Position numbers and translations under genes: made by a program. DNA of 64,000 nucleotides, from NCBI GenBank assembly GCA_017694335.1, contig JADIMZ010000004.1, positions 15,033 through 79,032 on the forward strand, written 5' to 3'. Below are positions 1 to 9,996 of this stretch, in pieces (positions within the stretch are counted from its first letter, which is position 1; each line of letters opens with the position of its first letter). The DNA is from Candidatus Pullibacteroides excrementavium. Its GTDB lineage: Bacteria > Bacteroidota > Bacteroidia > Bacteroidales > P3. Below the pieces are notes generated by a model that saw only the letters and a program-made list of their open reading frames with translations, had not been told where the DNA came from and did not search any database.

Positions 1-792
1 CCGCGTCACAAGTTCTTGTTCGGGGCCTTCCCCCGCCAGGGTTTGCTGGACAACTATACCAATATATATATACGGGATTCTTTCCAGTATTTCCGGCCCA
101 ATATGACGGGGCTTTTCTACCAGTTCACGGGGCGTTCGCAGTTTGTGAACCTATGGCTGGATTGGACGGGCGCTCGCTCGAAGACGGTGCGTGAGGCTTT
201 CTTTGTGGGATTGAGCGGGGAGCAGCGTTTCAAATGGTTCTTTGTTTCTTTATTGGGTTATTATTACCATTATGCCAATACGCGTCCTGTTTCCGGCGAT
301 GGCGTGGTGCATGACAACGGGCAGGGGCAAGTCGGCATCGGGTTTGATTTTTCGGGTTATGCGCGGCGTTTGGAGAAGATGCGCTTCTCGGCATCGTTCA
401 TGCTGGGGTACGAATGCAAGCGGGATCATGCCACGCCGGTCTCGATGCCGATGGGGTTTGTGCTGGATTTGCATGCGCAGTACTGGCGAGTGGGGACGCG
501 GACGCTGTATTATTACGGCCAGGAGCGTTACACGGTGCCGACGGATGTCTGGGCGAACACCTATTGGGGGAACCCTATGCTGCGAGCCAAATCCTACCTG
601 CAGAGCGAATGGTACGTGGAATTCTTCAAAAATGATTTCGTGGAAGCCAAGGCTGCTTTCGTGTTCCATTTGCAAGGTTCGCGTTTTGGCACGCAGCAGA
701 TGGTGAGGCTTTGTGTGAATCTGGACGGAAGCATTTACAGCAAGCGCGACCCTGCGGCAGAACATGGCCGGTATAGGTTCAATTTCTTATGA
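1..792 (+). CDS. 3' part of a gene entering from upstream; putative outer-membrane beta-barrel protein, family not recognised
   Basis: Frame 1 is open from nt 1; the track's 'M' at nt 16 is a TTG inside the open frame. The sequence is rich in Y/W/G with an alternating strand-like pattern. The C-terminus ...GRYRFNFL resembles OM barrel termini. Confidence 0.4.
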   Translation, partial: PRHKFLFGAFPRQGLLDNYTNIYIRDSFQYFRPNMTGLFYQFTGRSQFVNLWLDWTGARSKTVREAFFVGLSGEQRFKWFFVSLLGYYYHYANTRPVSGDGVVHDNGQGQVGIGFDFSGYARRLEKMRFSASFMLGYECKRDHATPVSMPMGFVLDLHAQYWRVGTRTLYYYGQERYTVPTDVWANTYWGNPMLRAKSYLQSEWYVEFFKNDFVEAKAAFVFHLQGSRFGTQQMVRLCVNLDGSIYSKRDPAAEHGRYRFNFL

Positions 793-862
793 GATCTTCT
801 TTCTTCTCGACAAATCGGTGGAAAAAATGTGAATAAAACATTTTTCTATTGTAAAAATGTTG

Positions 863-870
863 TATTTTTG
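863..870 (+). promoter_or_regulatory. candidate Bacteroides-type -7 promoter box (TATTTTTG)
   Basis: Exact match to the TAnnTTTG -7 consensus of the Bacteroides primary sigma factor. There is no good TTTG -33 partner. It lies ~325 nt upstream of the ATG at 1194. Confidence 0.3.
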
Positions 871-1193
871 CAAAACGGTTCAGGATTTGCTTTTTTGAAA
901 GGGGTGAAAAACTCCATCATCAAGCGATAAAACCGTCCCTCAATGAAGTCTATTGCCATAAGCAACAGAAACCTTCCATATCACCTGCACAAGCACCTTG
1001 AGGAAAAAAAGTAAATAGCGGGCCGAATGGGAATGGAAGCGGAGGCAATGTAAGAAAGAACCCTTGTCCATTACGGATTTACGTTCGGGACGGCCATTGG
1101 GAGGCAAGAGTGTCTTCATAGATTGGGGAATGCATTTCCCTTATGGGGTAAATTAAAGAAACCATTAAAGACAAAACCAATAACCAATTCAAC

Positions 1194-4100
1194 ATGAAAA
1201 GAATCTTGGGAATGATGATGGCTGTGGCAGCCTTTTCCCTTTTTGAATTTGTCCATGCACAGGACGATGCCTGGACACTTCCCTACGAGGAGCATTTCAA
1301 CATAAGGAACTCTCCGCAAGAAGACCATCCCACGCAGGAGACCTTGGATGATCCAAGCCTTGTGCAAACGGATCCTAACTTTTACCGTAACGTGCTTGAA
1401 AACTGGGAACTCCGTGACGGGGACGGGAACGGCCGCACTTGGACTGGCGCACCGGGATGGAGTGATGGGAGCGAATCGGATGCGAGGGGAGGAATCGTCA
1501 GCTTCTTGCCCGATGCCAATACGAGTGAGTACCATACGGACGGTTATCTCCGGGTGAACCTGGAGTCCTCCAACCGGACCATCAACGACTGGCTTATCAT
1601 GAAAAAGCCTGTCACGGTAGAAGGCGATGCCTATGCCCAGTTTTCCATGAGGCGTGTGCTGGGAGCCACGACTTTGACCATGGAAGTGTGGTACGGGACC
1701 ACGCCGGATGTGGGCAATGATGGTTCCGGCTGGCAACGGCTGGGTGTCCTCAAATGCGAGGTTTCCTCCGATTGGATGACGTTCATGACCGAAGCGCTTC
1801 ACATGGATGAGGCAACCGATTTGTATTTCGGTGTCCGTTTAAATGAGCCTAATTTCACGGCCGATGCAGGGGACTGGTTGTCGTTTGACGAGTTCGCCGT
1901 CCTTCCCGGCGAGCCGGACTTGACACCCGATATCATCCTTTCTTCCGTGACATTGCCGGCGTTGGGCTGCAACCTTGGGGAAGAAGAAATTTCGATGACG
2001 ATTACCAATACCCTTTGCCGGGTTCAGGGAATCGTCTGCCAGGCCGATGTCTATAGGGGGTCGGAGCATGTCACGACATTGTACGATACCATTCGCGATG
2101 ATGTTTTTGCCGGAGAGGTGCGTACGATGACCTTCTCCCAACGGGCGGATTTCTCCGAGGAAGGGGACTACCGGGTAGACGGTGTGGTTTCCTTGTTGCC
2201 TTCTGAAGATTATAATGCGGAAGAAAATTATGCCGACAACTATGCGTCGGCCACGACAAGCCATGTGCAGCCCTTGACCTTGCCGGTGGAATTCAGCTTT
2301 TTCGGAGTGTCGGGCGAGGAAGATGCCATCAATTGGTCATGCTCCGACCCTGAAGCATGGACTTACGATGGTACGGCTTACATTGCCAGGGAGGCCGGTG
2401 CGGCTTTGGTGTCCACCTGCATCCATCTGGCAGCAGGCGATTATGTGTTCCGTTACAATGTCCTGGCTGGTTATCTGAACACTTGGGATGGAGCCTACGA
2501 GTCGAGGGAAGACTATGAAATACGTTTGGGTTCGGAAGCCATGGAGCCGGATGCTTCGCAGTGGAATTTGCTTTATAGGGAGGAAGGACTGTATAATTCG
2601 ACCAATTGGACCTCGGGCAATACCAAGTTCTTCCGTTTTACGGTAGATGAAGAGGGTGATTATCAGATTGCCATGATCAATACCACGCAGGATGCTTCCG
2701 ACGCGTATGTGAAGCGGTTCCAGTTCGTTTCCATGTTCTTGGACGAGGCTGCTCCCGATTTGAGCCTGGAAGCTCTGGAGAGCGATGCCTTGGCATACCG
2801 TGTGCCGGCCGACCATCTGGGACAATCCCTTCCTTTTACGGCCCGGGTGGCCAATATGGGTGTCGGGGAGCAGACCGGGAAGGTGGCATTCACATTGTCC
2901 GGCGCGCCGTGCGGCGAGTCCGCTGAATTCACCATCGACCAGGACTCCACGATTACGGTCGATTTGGAACTCCTCATCCCGTCCTATGTGTCCGTTCCTT
3001 TGGATGTGGAAACTTCCCTCGAGGCATCCGTGGTGCTGACCAATGGCAACACGGACTCGTATGCCGCCAATGACAGGCAGACGGTATCCTTCATCAAGAC
3101 AGACTCCGTATGGGGCGTGGACCGTTGCAGCGGCATTGGGAACGGCGTGTTCGTGATGAACAACAATGCCGGGTACACCAATCTTGTTTATTTGACCGAA
3201 CGTGATACGATTACCTCCGTGACTTTCGCTTTCAATGGTTCCGCTTCGGATACGTACCTGACAGAGGATCCTGTTTTCGATTTCAAGATAAGCACGGTGG
3301 ACTTCGAGCGCGGAGAGTATGGCTACTTGGGAACCCATTATTACGAGACCTCGTTCTCGCGTCCGTTGGGCCGGGATACCATCATGACCATCGATGTTCC
3401 TCCCATGCTGTTGCCTGCCGGGGTTTTCGCATTCTCCTTGATGCAGCAGACTTCGCTCGATGTCCTTTCCATTGCCACGGATAACTATTATTCCGATGCA
3501 AGGACCATGACGGTGCTGGCCAATGCTTACGGTATCGGGTTGTCTGTTCCTGAAGCCGGCGGTTCTTCGATTGGAAATGCGTACATCCGGGCCAACTTCG
3601 GCCACAACGCTGTCAACGTGGGGACTCAGGATGTGATGGTCCGCAGCATCGATGCGCCTGCCGGATCGGCCGTGTTCTCCAAAGCGGAAAGCATTGAAGC
3701 TACCTTGACCAACGTGGGACCGACCGCTGTCACGGACATGACTGTGTACTGCCGGGTTGACGGTGAAGAGCTTTCGCCGGTCACGGTGGCCTCTTTGCCG
3801 CTCTCTTCCAGTGTTTCGGTGCAGTTCACGGCCGATTTGTCGCAGGTAGGGCAGCATGAAATCGTGGTGTACACGTCGTTGGAGAACGATTTGCAGCACG
3901 CTAACGACACGGCCCGGGTCATCGTGGAGACGGAAACCGCTCTCGACCCCTATGTGATGAATTTTGATTCCTGCGATACCTATGCCATGCGTTATCTCAA
4001 TCCTCAATGGCGTTTCATTGATCAGGACAGCTTGGTGGTTTGGTATAACGCCCAGTTGGGCTTGCCGACCACGCCCTATGCTCCCATGGCGTTCATTGTG

Positions 4101-4772
4101 ACGGAAAGCGATGATAACTATATCCAATCCCACAGCGGGAAGTTCGCGTTGAGCATTTCCCCGGCCATAGAGGGAACCGGCGAAGACTGGATTGTTTCCC
4201 CGGCTTTGTCCATGCATGGCAGCGATGTACTGACTTTCTATTCCCATCAGAACGCTGTAAGCTTGACTCCGGTGATAACGCTGACCCCTACCGAAGTGCA
4301 GGTCTATGTTTCCACCACGGGCAACAATGTGTCCGACTTCACGGATCTTCTTTATTCCGGTTATGCCGGACAAGGTGAGTGGGCACGCCATACCGTGGAT
4401 TTGGCAGACGAAGGTTATACGGCAGGAGAAGTTTATATCGGGATCAAGCTGGTTTCAGGCATGAATTCCATTGCTACCGGTGTGGACGATATCCAGGTGA
4501 CTTGGGAAACGGCCAATGAAGGCCAGCCGCTTGTCGATCCTTCTTCGGTGGCGGTTTATCCCAATCCGGCCGATGATTATGTGAACGTGGCTTCCGTCAA
4601 GGACATCCGGAAAGTGGAAATGTATTCGCTCGATGGCCGCGTGGTTTACAGCAACCAGACCGTGGGCGGTGACCGTTGCCTCATCGAGACTTCGGCTTTC
4701 CAGTCGGGCGTTTATTTCGTCAAGGTCTATACCGAAGACGGCAGCCTGGTCAAGAAAGTTGTTGTCCGCTAA
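1194..4772 (+). CDS. T9SS-secreted surface protein (island gene A): choice-of-anchor-J/MAM-like jelly-roll modules plus CARDB-like Ig modules
   Basis: ATG at 1194. Signal peptide MKRILGMMMAVAAFSLFEFVHA/QDD. DW(L/I)xxP strands typical of choice-of-anchor-J-like domains (NDWLIMKKP, EDWIVSPAL). CARDB-like module DVMVRSIDAPAG...HANDTARVIVE. The C-terminus VYPNPADDYVNV...GVYFVKVYTEDGSLVKKVVVR is a type-A T9SS sorting domain (TIGR04183 type). Confidence 0.85.
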   Translation: MKRILGMMMAVAAFSLFEFVHAQDDAWTLPYEEHFNIRNSPQEDHPTQETLDDPSLVQTDPNFYRNVLENWELRDGDGNGRTWTGAPGWSDGSESDARGGIVSFLPDANTSEYHTDGYLRVNLESSNRTINDWLIMKKPVTVEGDAYAQFSMRRVLGATTLTMEVWYGTTPDVGNDGSGWQRLGVLKCEVSSDWMTFMTEALHMDEATDLYFGVRLNEPNFTADAGDWLSFDEFAVLPGEPDLTPDIILSSVTLPALGCNLGEEEISMTITNTLCRVQGIVCQADVYRGSEHVTTLYDTIRDDVFAGEVRTMTFSQRADFSEEGDYRVDGVVSLLPSEDYNAEENYADNYASATTSHVQPLTLPVEFSFFGVSGEEDAINWSCSDPEAWTYDGTAYIAREAGAALVSTCIHLAAGDYVFRYNVLAGYLNTWDGAYESREDYEIRLGSEAMEPDASQWNLLYREEGLYNSTNWTSGNTKFFRFTVDEEGDYQIAMINTTQDASDAYVKRFQFVSMFLDEAAPDLSLEALESDALAYRVPADHLGQSLPFTARVANMGVGEQTGKVAFTLSGAPCGESAEFTIDQDSTITVDLELLIPSYVSVPLDVETSLEASVVLTNGNTDSYAANDRQTVSFIKTDSVWGVDRCSGIGNGVFVMNNNAGYTNLVYLTERDTITSVTFAFNGSASDTYLTEDPVFDFKISTVDFERGEYGYLGTHYYETSFSRPLGRDTIMTIDVPPMLLPAGVFAFSLMQQTSLDVLSIATDNYYSDARTMTVLANAYGIGLSVPEAGGSSIGNAYIRANFGHNAVNVGTQDVMVRSIDAPAGSAVFSKAESIEATLTNVGPTAVTDMTVYCRVDGEELSPVTVASLPLSSSVSVQFTADLSQVGQHEIVVYTSLENDLQHANDTARVIVETETALDPYVMNFDSCDTYAMRYLNPQWRFIDQDSLVVWYNAQLGLPTTPYAPMAFIVTESDDNYIQSHSGKFALSISPAIEGTGEDWIVSPALSMHGSDVLTFYSHQNAVSLTPVITLTPTEVQVYVSTTGNNVSDFTDLLYSGYAGQGEWARHTVDLADEGYTAGEVYIGIKLVSGMNSIATGVDDIQVTWETANEGQPLVDPSSVAVYPNPADDYVNVASVKDIRKVEMYSLDGRVVYSNQTVGGDRCLIETSAFQSGVYFVKVYTEDGSLVKKVVVR

Positions 4773-4813
4773 TTGGTGAAGAGCAGAGTTTCGCATCATT
4801 CTTCACAGAGGCT

Positions 4814-4915
4814 TGACCCAAAAGCCAACATTCCCGAGGAGAATCCATGCCAGAGTGCATTTTCTTTGATTTGCCCCATTGAGGATTTTCTGTCGAAGGG
4901 CAAGCTTTTGGGTCA
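4814..4915. repeat. 12-bp perfect inverted repeat (TGACCCAAAAGC / GCTTTTGGGTCA) closing a ~100-nt imperfect hairpin
   Basis: Read directly: 4814-4825 is the reverse complement of 4904-4915. It starts 42 nt after the gene A stop. Confidence 0.6.
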
Positions 4916-5260
4916 GCCACTGAATCATTGTTCGTGGCAGAAGGTTTCACCGGAAGAAGGCTTCAGTATGCTTGTGCATGACGGCATGGATTCTGTCGCT
5001 ACCTATTGATTGGGAAATATAGGGCGGTGGAAGGATATGTTGATTATGCGGATTCTTGTTTTAGTGAAATTATTAGGAAGAAAGTAAGACAGACGGGCTA
5101 TTTTATGATAGCAGCGGCTTTGGTCTTTGGAACGGCACAGGGTGGCGGGCGGTTCTTTTGGTGCGGGAACCGGATTTTCTGCATGAACAGTCTGGACAAG
5201 ACGTATGGTGTGATTTGAGTTTTTTCGTTTTTATTTTATTGAATAATATTTTCAGAACCA

Positions 5261-8200
5261 ATGAAAAATATTGCAAACATTTTGCTATCGATTGTTTTGC
5301 TGGGGACGTGCCGGGTGCAGGCCCAGGAGGCAAAACCGGAAAGCAAGGGGCGGATGGACAATCCGACCGTGGCAGCTCCGTTGCAGACTCCCCGCTCGGT
5401 TTCCCCGAAATTGAGGGATGGACGGCTCTACGGCTGGTTCCTGGCGAGCTATAATGCCGTGCCTGATTGGGGCTTGGCCTCGTTCTCTCCTGAAAATCCC
5501 GATGAAGACTGGGTAATTGAAGTGTCCCATGACTGGGCTCCTCTCGGTGCGGCTGTGGTGGATGGCATCATGTACGGCCAGATGGCGAGCGTGGGTATAA
5601 GCAGTTATGATGTGCAGACTTGGAGCCGTTTCAATACGGCCACGTGGTCGGAAACCGTGTTGGCCAATATTGAAAATATGCAAGTGTCGTATATCGATAT
5701 GACTTACGACTACAGCACGAAGACCATGTTCGCTCTTGTCCGGGAGAACGCGGTGACGGATTTGTATTCCGTGAACCTGACCACAGGGCAGCCGACTTTC
5801 GTGACGCATTGCGACAGCTCCTTGGTGGCGTTGGCTGCGGATATCAAGGGGCAGCTTTACGCGGTGACCATGCATGGCTGGTTCGTGAAGTTGCAGAAAC
5901 AGACAGGCGTGGTCGAACCCATAGGATTCACGGGTGAACCGAGTCCGGGAAATTATATCCAGAGCATGGACATCGACTTGACGGATGGGGTTTGCTATTG
6001 GGCGGTTTCTTCCCTGAACGGGGATTATTTGGCTCGGATCGACATGCAGACCGGCCAAATGGAGGATTTGGGACCTGTGTCCGTGGGTGTTGAAATCACT
6101 GGTCTCTACGCTTCGACACCTTGCGGCGGAGCGGCTGCGCCCGATGCCGTGGATAACCTGGTAGCAACCACTGTGCGGGAAGATGGTGCAGGTACTTCGG
6201 TGGAACTTTCCTTTACGGCTCCTACGGGATATGCCGCCCTTTCCCAGACTTTGTCCTCCATCAGCAAGATTGAGATTTACCGCGATTACGAGTTGGTGCA
6301 TACCATCACGGATGCCACGCCCGGGCAATCCATTACTTGGATTGATGAAGACTATGCCGCCTTGCAGGATGAAGATGTGGTAGGTTATCGCGTAGTGGCT
6401 TACAACGATGCGGGTGCGGGCTTTTCCACCTGCTGCGCTGCAACCGTGGGCGAGGATATCCCCGGTCCGGTTTCCAACCTCAGGATGGAAGTGGCCGACG
6501 ACTCGGTGGTGACTTTGACGTGGAACGCTCCGACCGAAGGTTTGAACGGCGGCTGGTTCAATCCCGGCTCCGTGTATTACGAGGTAGTCCGTTACCCGGA
6601 TGAAACCGTGGTGGCTTCCCGTTTGCAGGAGACCACTTTTACCGAGACTTTGAGTCAGGGGTGCAACTATTATTGGTATACCGTTCGCAGCTATTCCTTC
6701 AAGGGGCGCGGTCAGGCCGTCGAAAGCGAAGGCGCACGGGTGGGGATCGCTTTGGCTTTGCCCTATGTCTGCTCCTTCAACACGGCTGCCGAAGGTTTCC
6801 TTTGGGAATTGGTGGATGCCAATACCCCTATTCCTGACGGTGTTACGTGGGAACATCACCTGAACGAAGGCATGGAAGGCACGCAAGGGTACTTGCATTA
6901 CGGACGTTCCACCAACAGCGACGGGAACGATTACGCTTATTCGGCTCCTTTCCGCCGGGTGGCCGGGGAACATTACCGCCTGCGTTTCGACTTGGCAAGC
7001 ACCGGCGATGCTTCCACCTCGGAGGACATGGAAGTCCTGCTGATAGCCGAGGACGGCACGGAAACCCTCATGCAGGCTTATGAGGACTTCAATACCCGGT
7101 ATGAATTCCAGACCATGCGGGTTGCTTTGCCGGTAGCCGAGCCAGCCGGGGAAGGCCTTTACACGATTGCTTTCCGCGCTACATCGCCCCGTAACCAATC
7201 CGGCATCCAGGTCGACAACGTGATACTGGACTATGTGATTGACGCGCCGGTGACCGGGACGGTGGAAGATGAGGCCGGCAATCCCTTGGAAGGGGTGTGC
7301 GTGGCGGTCGCCGCTGCCGATGCATCCTACCGCGACACGGTTTATACCAACGCGGAAGGACAGTACGATTTGGGATACCTCGATGAGGCCTCCTATACTT
7401 TGGTCTTCTCGTATTTCGGTTATGAAGACCATTCGGAAAGCATTTCGGTGGAAGCTTTGCAGCCTGTTGTCCGGGATGTCACGATGCAATCCCGCCAGCT
7501 CTTGACTTTGAGCGGTCTGGTGGAAGACGAATACGGCGACCCCGTACCGGGCGTTTCCGTTTATATGACCGGATACCAGACCTATTCAGCCCAGACCGGA
7601 GCGGATGGCCGGTATACGATAGAGGATGTCTACCGTCACGATGGGGCATATTCCATGGTATTCTTCAAGAGCCGTTACCAGACTGTCCGGGATACGGTAT
7701 CCATGGCTTTGGAAACTCGTTCAAAAGACCTTAGTCTGCCTTTCCTCCGGATTTCGGCCGAAAATTTCACGGCTACGCCCGAAGGGGAAAACATGCTGTT
7801 GCAGTGGGAGAAGGCGGAAGACATGCAGGAATTCCGTTATGACAACGGGACGTTTGCCGGTGCGGCTCAGTTGCGCAACGACTCCGCTTCGGGTATCCTG
7901 TACACGGAGGCTGCTTTCGGTACTATTTACTACCAGCCGATGGAACTCCGTTCGGTGAAATGGTGGATGTCGAGCGAAGGCGGGACCATGAACCACACGA
8001 CCGCCGACATTTCCATCTACGCGGTGGATCCGAATCCGGGCCGGGGCTTCGGTGCTTTGCTCTTCCGCAAGGAAGGGGTGCCCAGCACCGACGACCAGTG
8101 GAGCGAGTATGTCCTGGACTATCCCGTGGAGATAACTGCGGGCTGCATGATTATGATCGGTTCTTCGGAAGGAAACATTGCTATCGGCGTGGACAACGGG

Positions 8201-9946
8201 ACCGATCCCGACTATCCTTTCCAGACCCAGCGCCACGGGGTGACCACGGACTGGTCCAATGTGGGCAGCCTGGCCACTTTGGAAGACTGGGGTATCCTGC
8301 AGAACCTCATGATCCGTGCCATCGGTGTTCCTGAGCAGGAACAGGGCAAGCAAGCCAAGGCGGCGGAAGACAATCTGGATATCTATAACATCTACCGTCT
8401 GGCGCAAGGCCAGGAAGAGAACAGGGACAGTTGGACACAGGTGGCTGAAGGCTTGCGCGGCGTGGAATCCTACCGCGATGAAGACTGGTCTTCCTTGGAA
8501 CGCGGCGGTTACCTTTACGCCTTGGCCAACGTTTATGGCGAGGATGAAGCGGAAGCCGTGTTCTCGAACGTGGTCGGCAAAGACATGATCACGGAAGTGA
8601 CCGTCCTGGCCAAGACCAACACTACTCCGGATGAGATCGAGGGTGCGGTGGCCAGCTTGACCAATACCGAGTTCCCCGAATACACGTATCAAGGTACTTT
8701 CGGCACCGACGGGCGGCTTGTGTTCGATTCCGTATGGAAAGGTACCTATAGCTTGAGCATTTCCAAGAGTCTTTTCGATGGTGTGGAAGAAGAAGTTGAT
8801 TTCAGTACTGAAAACGCCTACACCACCCAGACTTACGAAATCAAGGAACGCATCGTGGATCCTTATTCGCTCTATGTGGAGACTTCGTCTACCGATTACC
8901 GTGACAAGACCCTCTTCTGGAACGTGGATGAAACCGTATCGGAAGATTGCGAAGCCATGCCTGACTTTGAAATCAATCCCGAAGGCGAGTTCGGCTGGAC
9001 TTACCTTGACGGGGACGGCGCGGAGACCTACGGCATGGTCATCGGGCAGGATGTCATTGACTGGCCCGGCATCTACGAGCCGCACGCCTTTATTGTCATG
9101 AACCCTTACGAGACCACGCCGGCCATTTACACCTCTCTCAACACCAGCCATAGCGGACGCCGCGCCTTGATGAACATGCGCAACCTGGATGTAGAGAACC
9201 CGGTGCAGAAGGATGACTGGATTTTCTCGCCCGAACTGCATTTCGAGACTCCTTATGTGTTCTCTTTCTGGGCCGTGAGCGGTATGGAATCTTTGGCCGA
9301 GACGATCCAGGTGGGCTATTCCACCACCACGACCGAGCCCTCGGCTTTCACTTGGCTGGAAGACGAACTGGTCATTCCCGGTGCTTGGTACCAGTATTCG
9401 TACACGATACCGGCCGAGGCCCGTTATGTGACCATCCATGTCATTTCCCAAGGGGAAGATTCCTACTTCCTGATGCTGGACGACCTCTATATCGGACCGG
9501 AGCCTTCGGCTGAACGTCCCGATAATTCCCGTGCCCTGCATTACGAAATCTATTTGGATGGTACGCAGGTGGCTACCGTGGAAGGTGTCCTGACCTACAA
9601 CTTCGACGACCTTTCCGACGGCACGCACACGGCGGGTGTGGTATCGGTATACCAGACGGGCAAGAGCCAGATGAAGACGGTGGAATTCATGGTCGATCCC
9701 TCCATCATCGCCAACGAGGATGCCGCCCTGGCTTCGCGGATCCGGCTTTACCCCAACCCGGCCACGGAGAATGTGAACGTGCAAGGGGACTATGACGAGG
9801 CTTGGATCTTTGACATGAGCGGGCGTTTGGTCGCCAAGCTGGCCAACGAGCAAATCATCGATGTGTCCGGCTTGCGTCCCGGAGTCTATTTTGTCCGCTT
9901 TGCCAAGGACGGTGCTTTCTGCGTGAAGAAAGTGGTGAAGCTTTGA
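5261..9946 (+). CDS. T9SS-secreted giant surface protein (island gene B): propeller-like N-domain, FN3-like, carboxypeptidase-regulatory-like and choice-of-anchor-J-like modules
   Basis: ATG at 5261. Signal peptide MKNIANILLSIVLLGTCRVQA/QE. FN3-like module VSNLRMEVADDSVVTLTWNAP. Two CarboxypepD_reg-like modules (VTGTVEDEAGNPLEGVCVAV..., LSGLVEDEYGDPVPGVSVYM...). J-like strand DDWIFSPELHF. CTD LYPNPATENVNV...GVYFVRFAKDGAFCVKKVVKL. Collinear paralogue of 16985-21859. Confidence 0.85.
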   Translation: MKNIANILLSIVLLGTCRVQAQEAKPESKGRMDNPTVAAPLQTPRSVSPKLRDGRLYGWFLASYNAVPDWGLASFSPENPDEDWVIEVSHDWAPLGAAVVDGIMYGQMASVGISSYDVQTWSRFNTATWSETVLANIENMQVSYIDMTYDYSTKTMFALVRENAVTDLYSVNLTTGQPTFVTHCDSSLVALAADIKGQLYAVTMHGWFVKLQKQTGVVEPIGFTGEPSPGNYIQSMDIDLTDGVCYWAVSSLNGDYLARIDMQTGQMEDLGPVSVGVEITGLYASTPCGGAAAPDAVDNLVATTVREDGAGTSVELSFTAPTGYAALSQTLSSISKIEIYRDYELVHTITDATPGQSITWIDEDYAALQDEDVVGYRVVAYNDAGAGFSTCCAATVGEDIPGPVSNLRMEVADDSVVTLTWNAPTEGLNGGWFNPGSVYYEVVRYPDETVVASRLQETTFTETLSQGCNYYWYTVRSYSFKGRGQAVESEGARVGIALALPYVCSFNTAAEGFLWELVDANTPIPDGVTWEHHLNEGMEGTQGYLHYGRSTNSDGNDYAYSAPFRRVAGEHYRLRFDLASTGDASTSEDMEVLLIAEDGTETLMQAYEDFNTRYEFQTMRVALPVAEPAGEGLYTIAFRATSPRNQSGIQVDNVILDYVIDAPVTGTVEDEAGNPLEGVCVAVAAADASYRDTVYTNAEGQYDLGYLDEASYTLVFSYFGYEDHSESISVEALQPVVRDVTMQSRQLLTLSGLVEDEYGDPVPGVSVYMTGYQTYSAQTGADGRYTIEDVYRHDGAYSMVFFKSRYQTVRDTVSMALETRSKDLSLPFLRISAENFTATPEGENMLLQWEKAEDMQEFRYDNGTFAGAAQLRNDSASGILYTEAAFGTIYYQPMELRSVKWWMSSEGGTMNHTTADISIYAVDPNPGRGFGALLFRKEGVPSTDDQWSEYVLDYPVEITAGCMIMIGSSEGNIAIGVDNGTDPDYPFQTQRHGVTTDWSNVGSLATLEDWGILQNLMIRAIGVPEQEQGKQAKAAEDNLDIYNIYRLAQGQEENRDSWTQVAEGLRGVESYRDEDWSSLERGGYLYALANVYGEDEAEAVFSNVVGKDMITEVTVLAKTNTTPDEIEGAVASLTNTEFPEYTYQGTFGTDGRLVFDSVWKGTYSLSISKSLFDGVEEEVDFSTENAYTTQTYEIKERIVDPYSLYVETSSTDYRDKTLFWNVDETVSEDCEAMPDFEINPEGEFGWTYLDGDGAETYGMVIGQDVIDWPGIYEPHAFIVMNPYETTPAIYTSLNTSHSGRRALMNMRNLDVENPVQKDDWIFSPELHFETPYVFSFWAVSGMESLAETIQVGYSTTTTEPSAFTWLEDELVIPGAWYQYSYTIPAEARYVTIHVISQGEDSYFLMLDDLYIGPEPSAERPDNSRALHYEIYLDGTQVATVEGVLTYNFDDLSDGTHTAGVVSVYQTGKSQMKTVEFMVDPSIIANEDAALASRIRLYPNPATENVNVQGDYDEAWIFDMSGRLVAKLANEQIIDVSGLRPGVYFVRFAKDGAFCVKKVVKL

Positions 9947-9996
9947 GGCGGTGGACTGTAATTTTTGAAACAAGGAACAATAGGAGGATTTGAAGG

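Noticed and set aside
4773-5218. Small ORFs (66-78 aa) in the A-B spacer, and 28358-28570 in the I-POT spacer.
   Set aside because: They have no motifs, odd composition and overlapping frames on both strands. The regions are more simply non-coding regulatory or terminator DNA.
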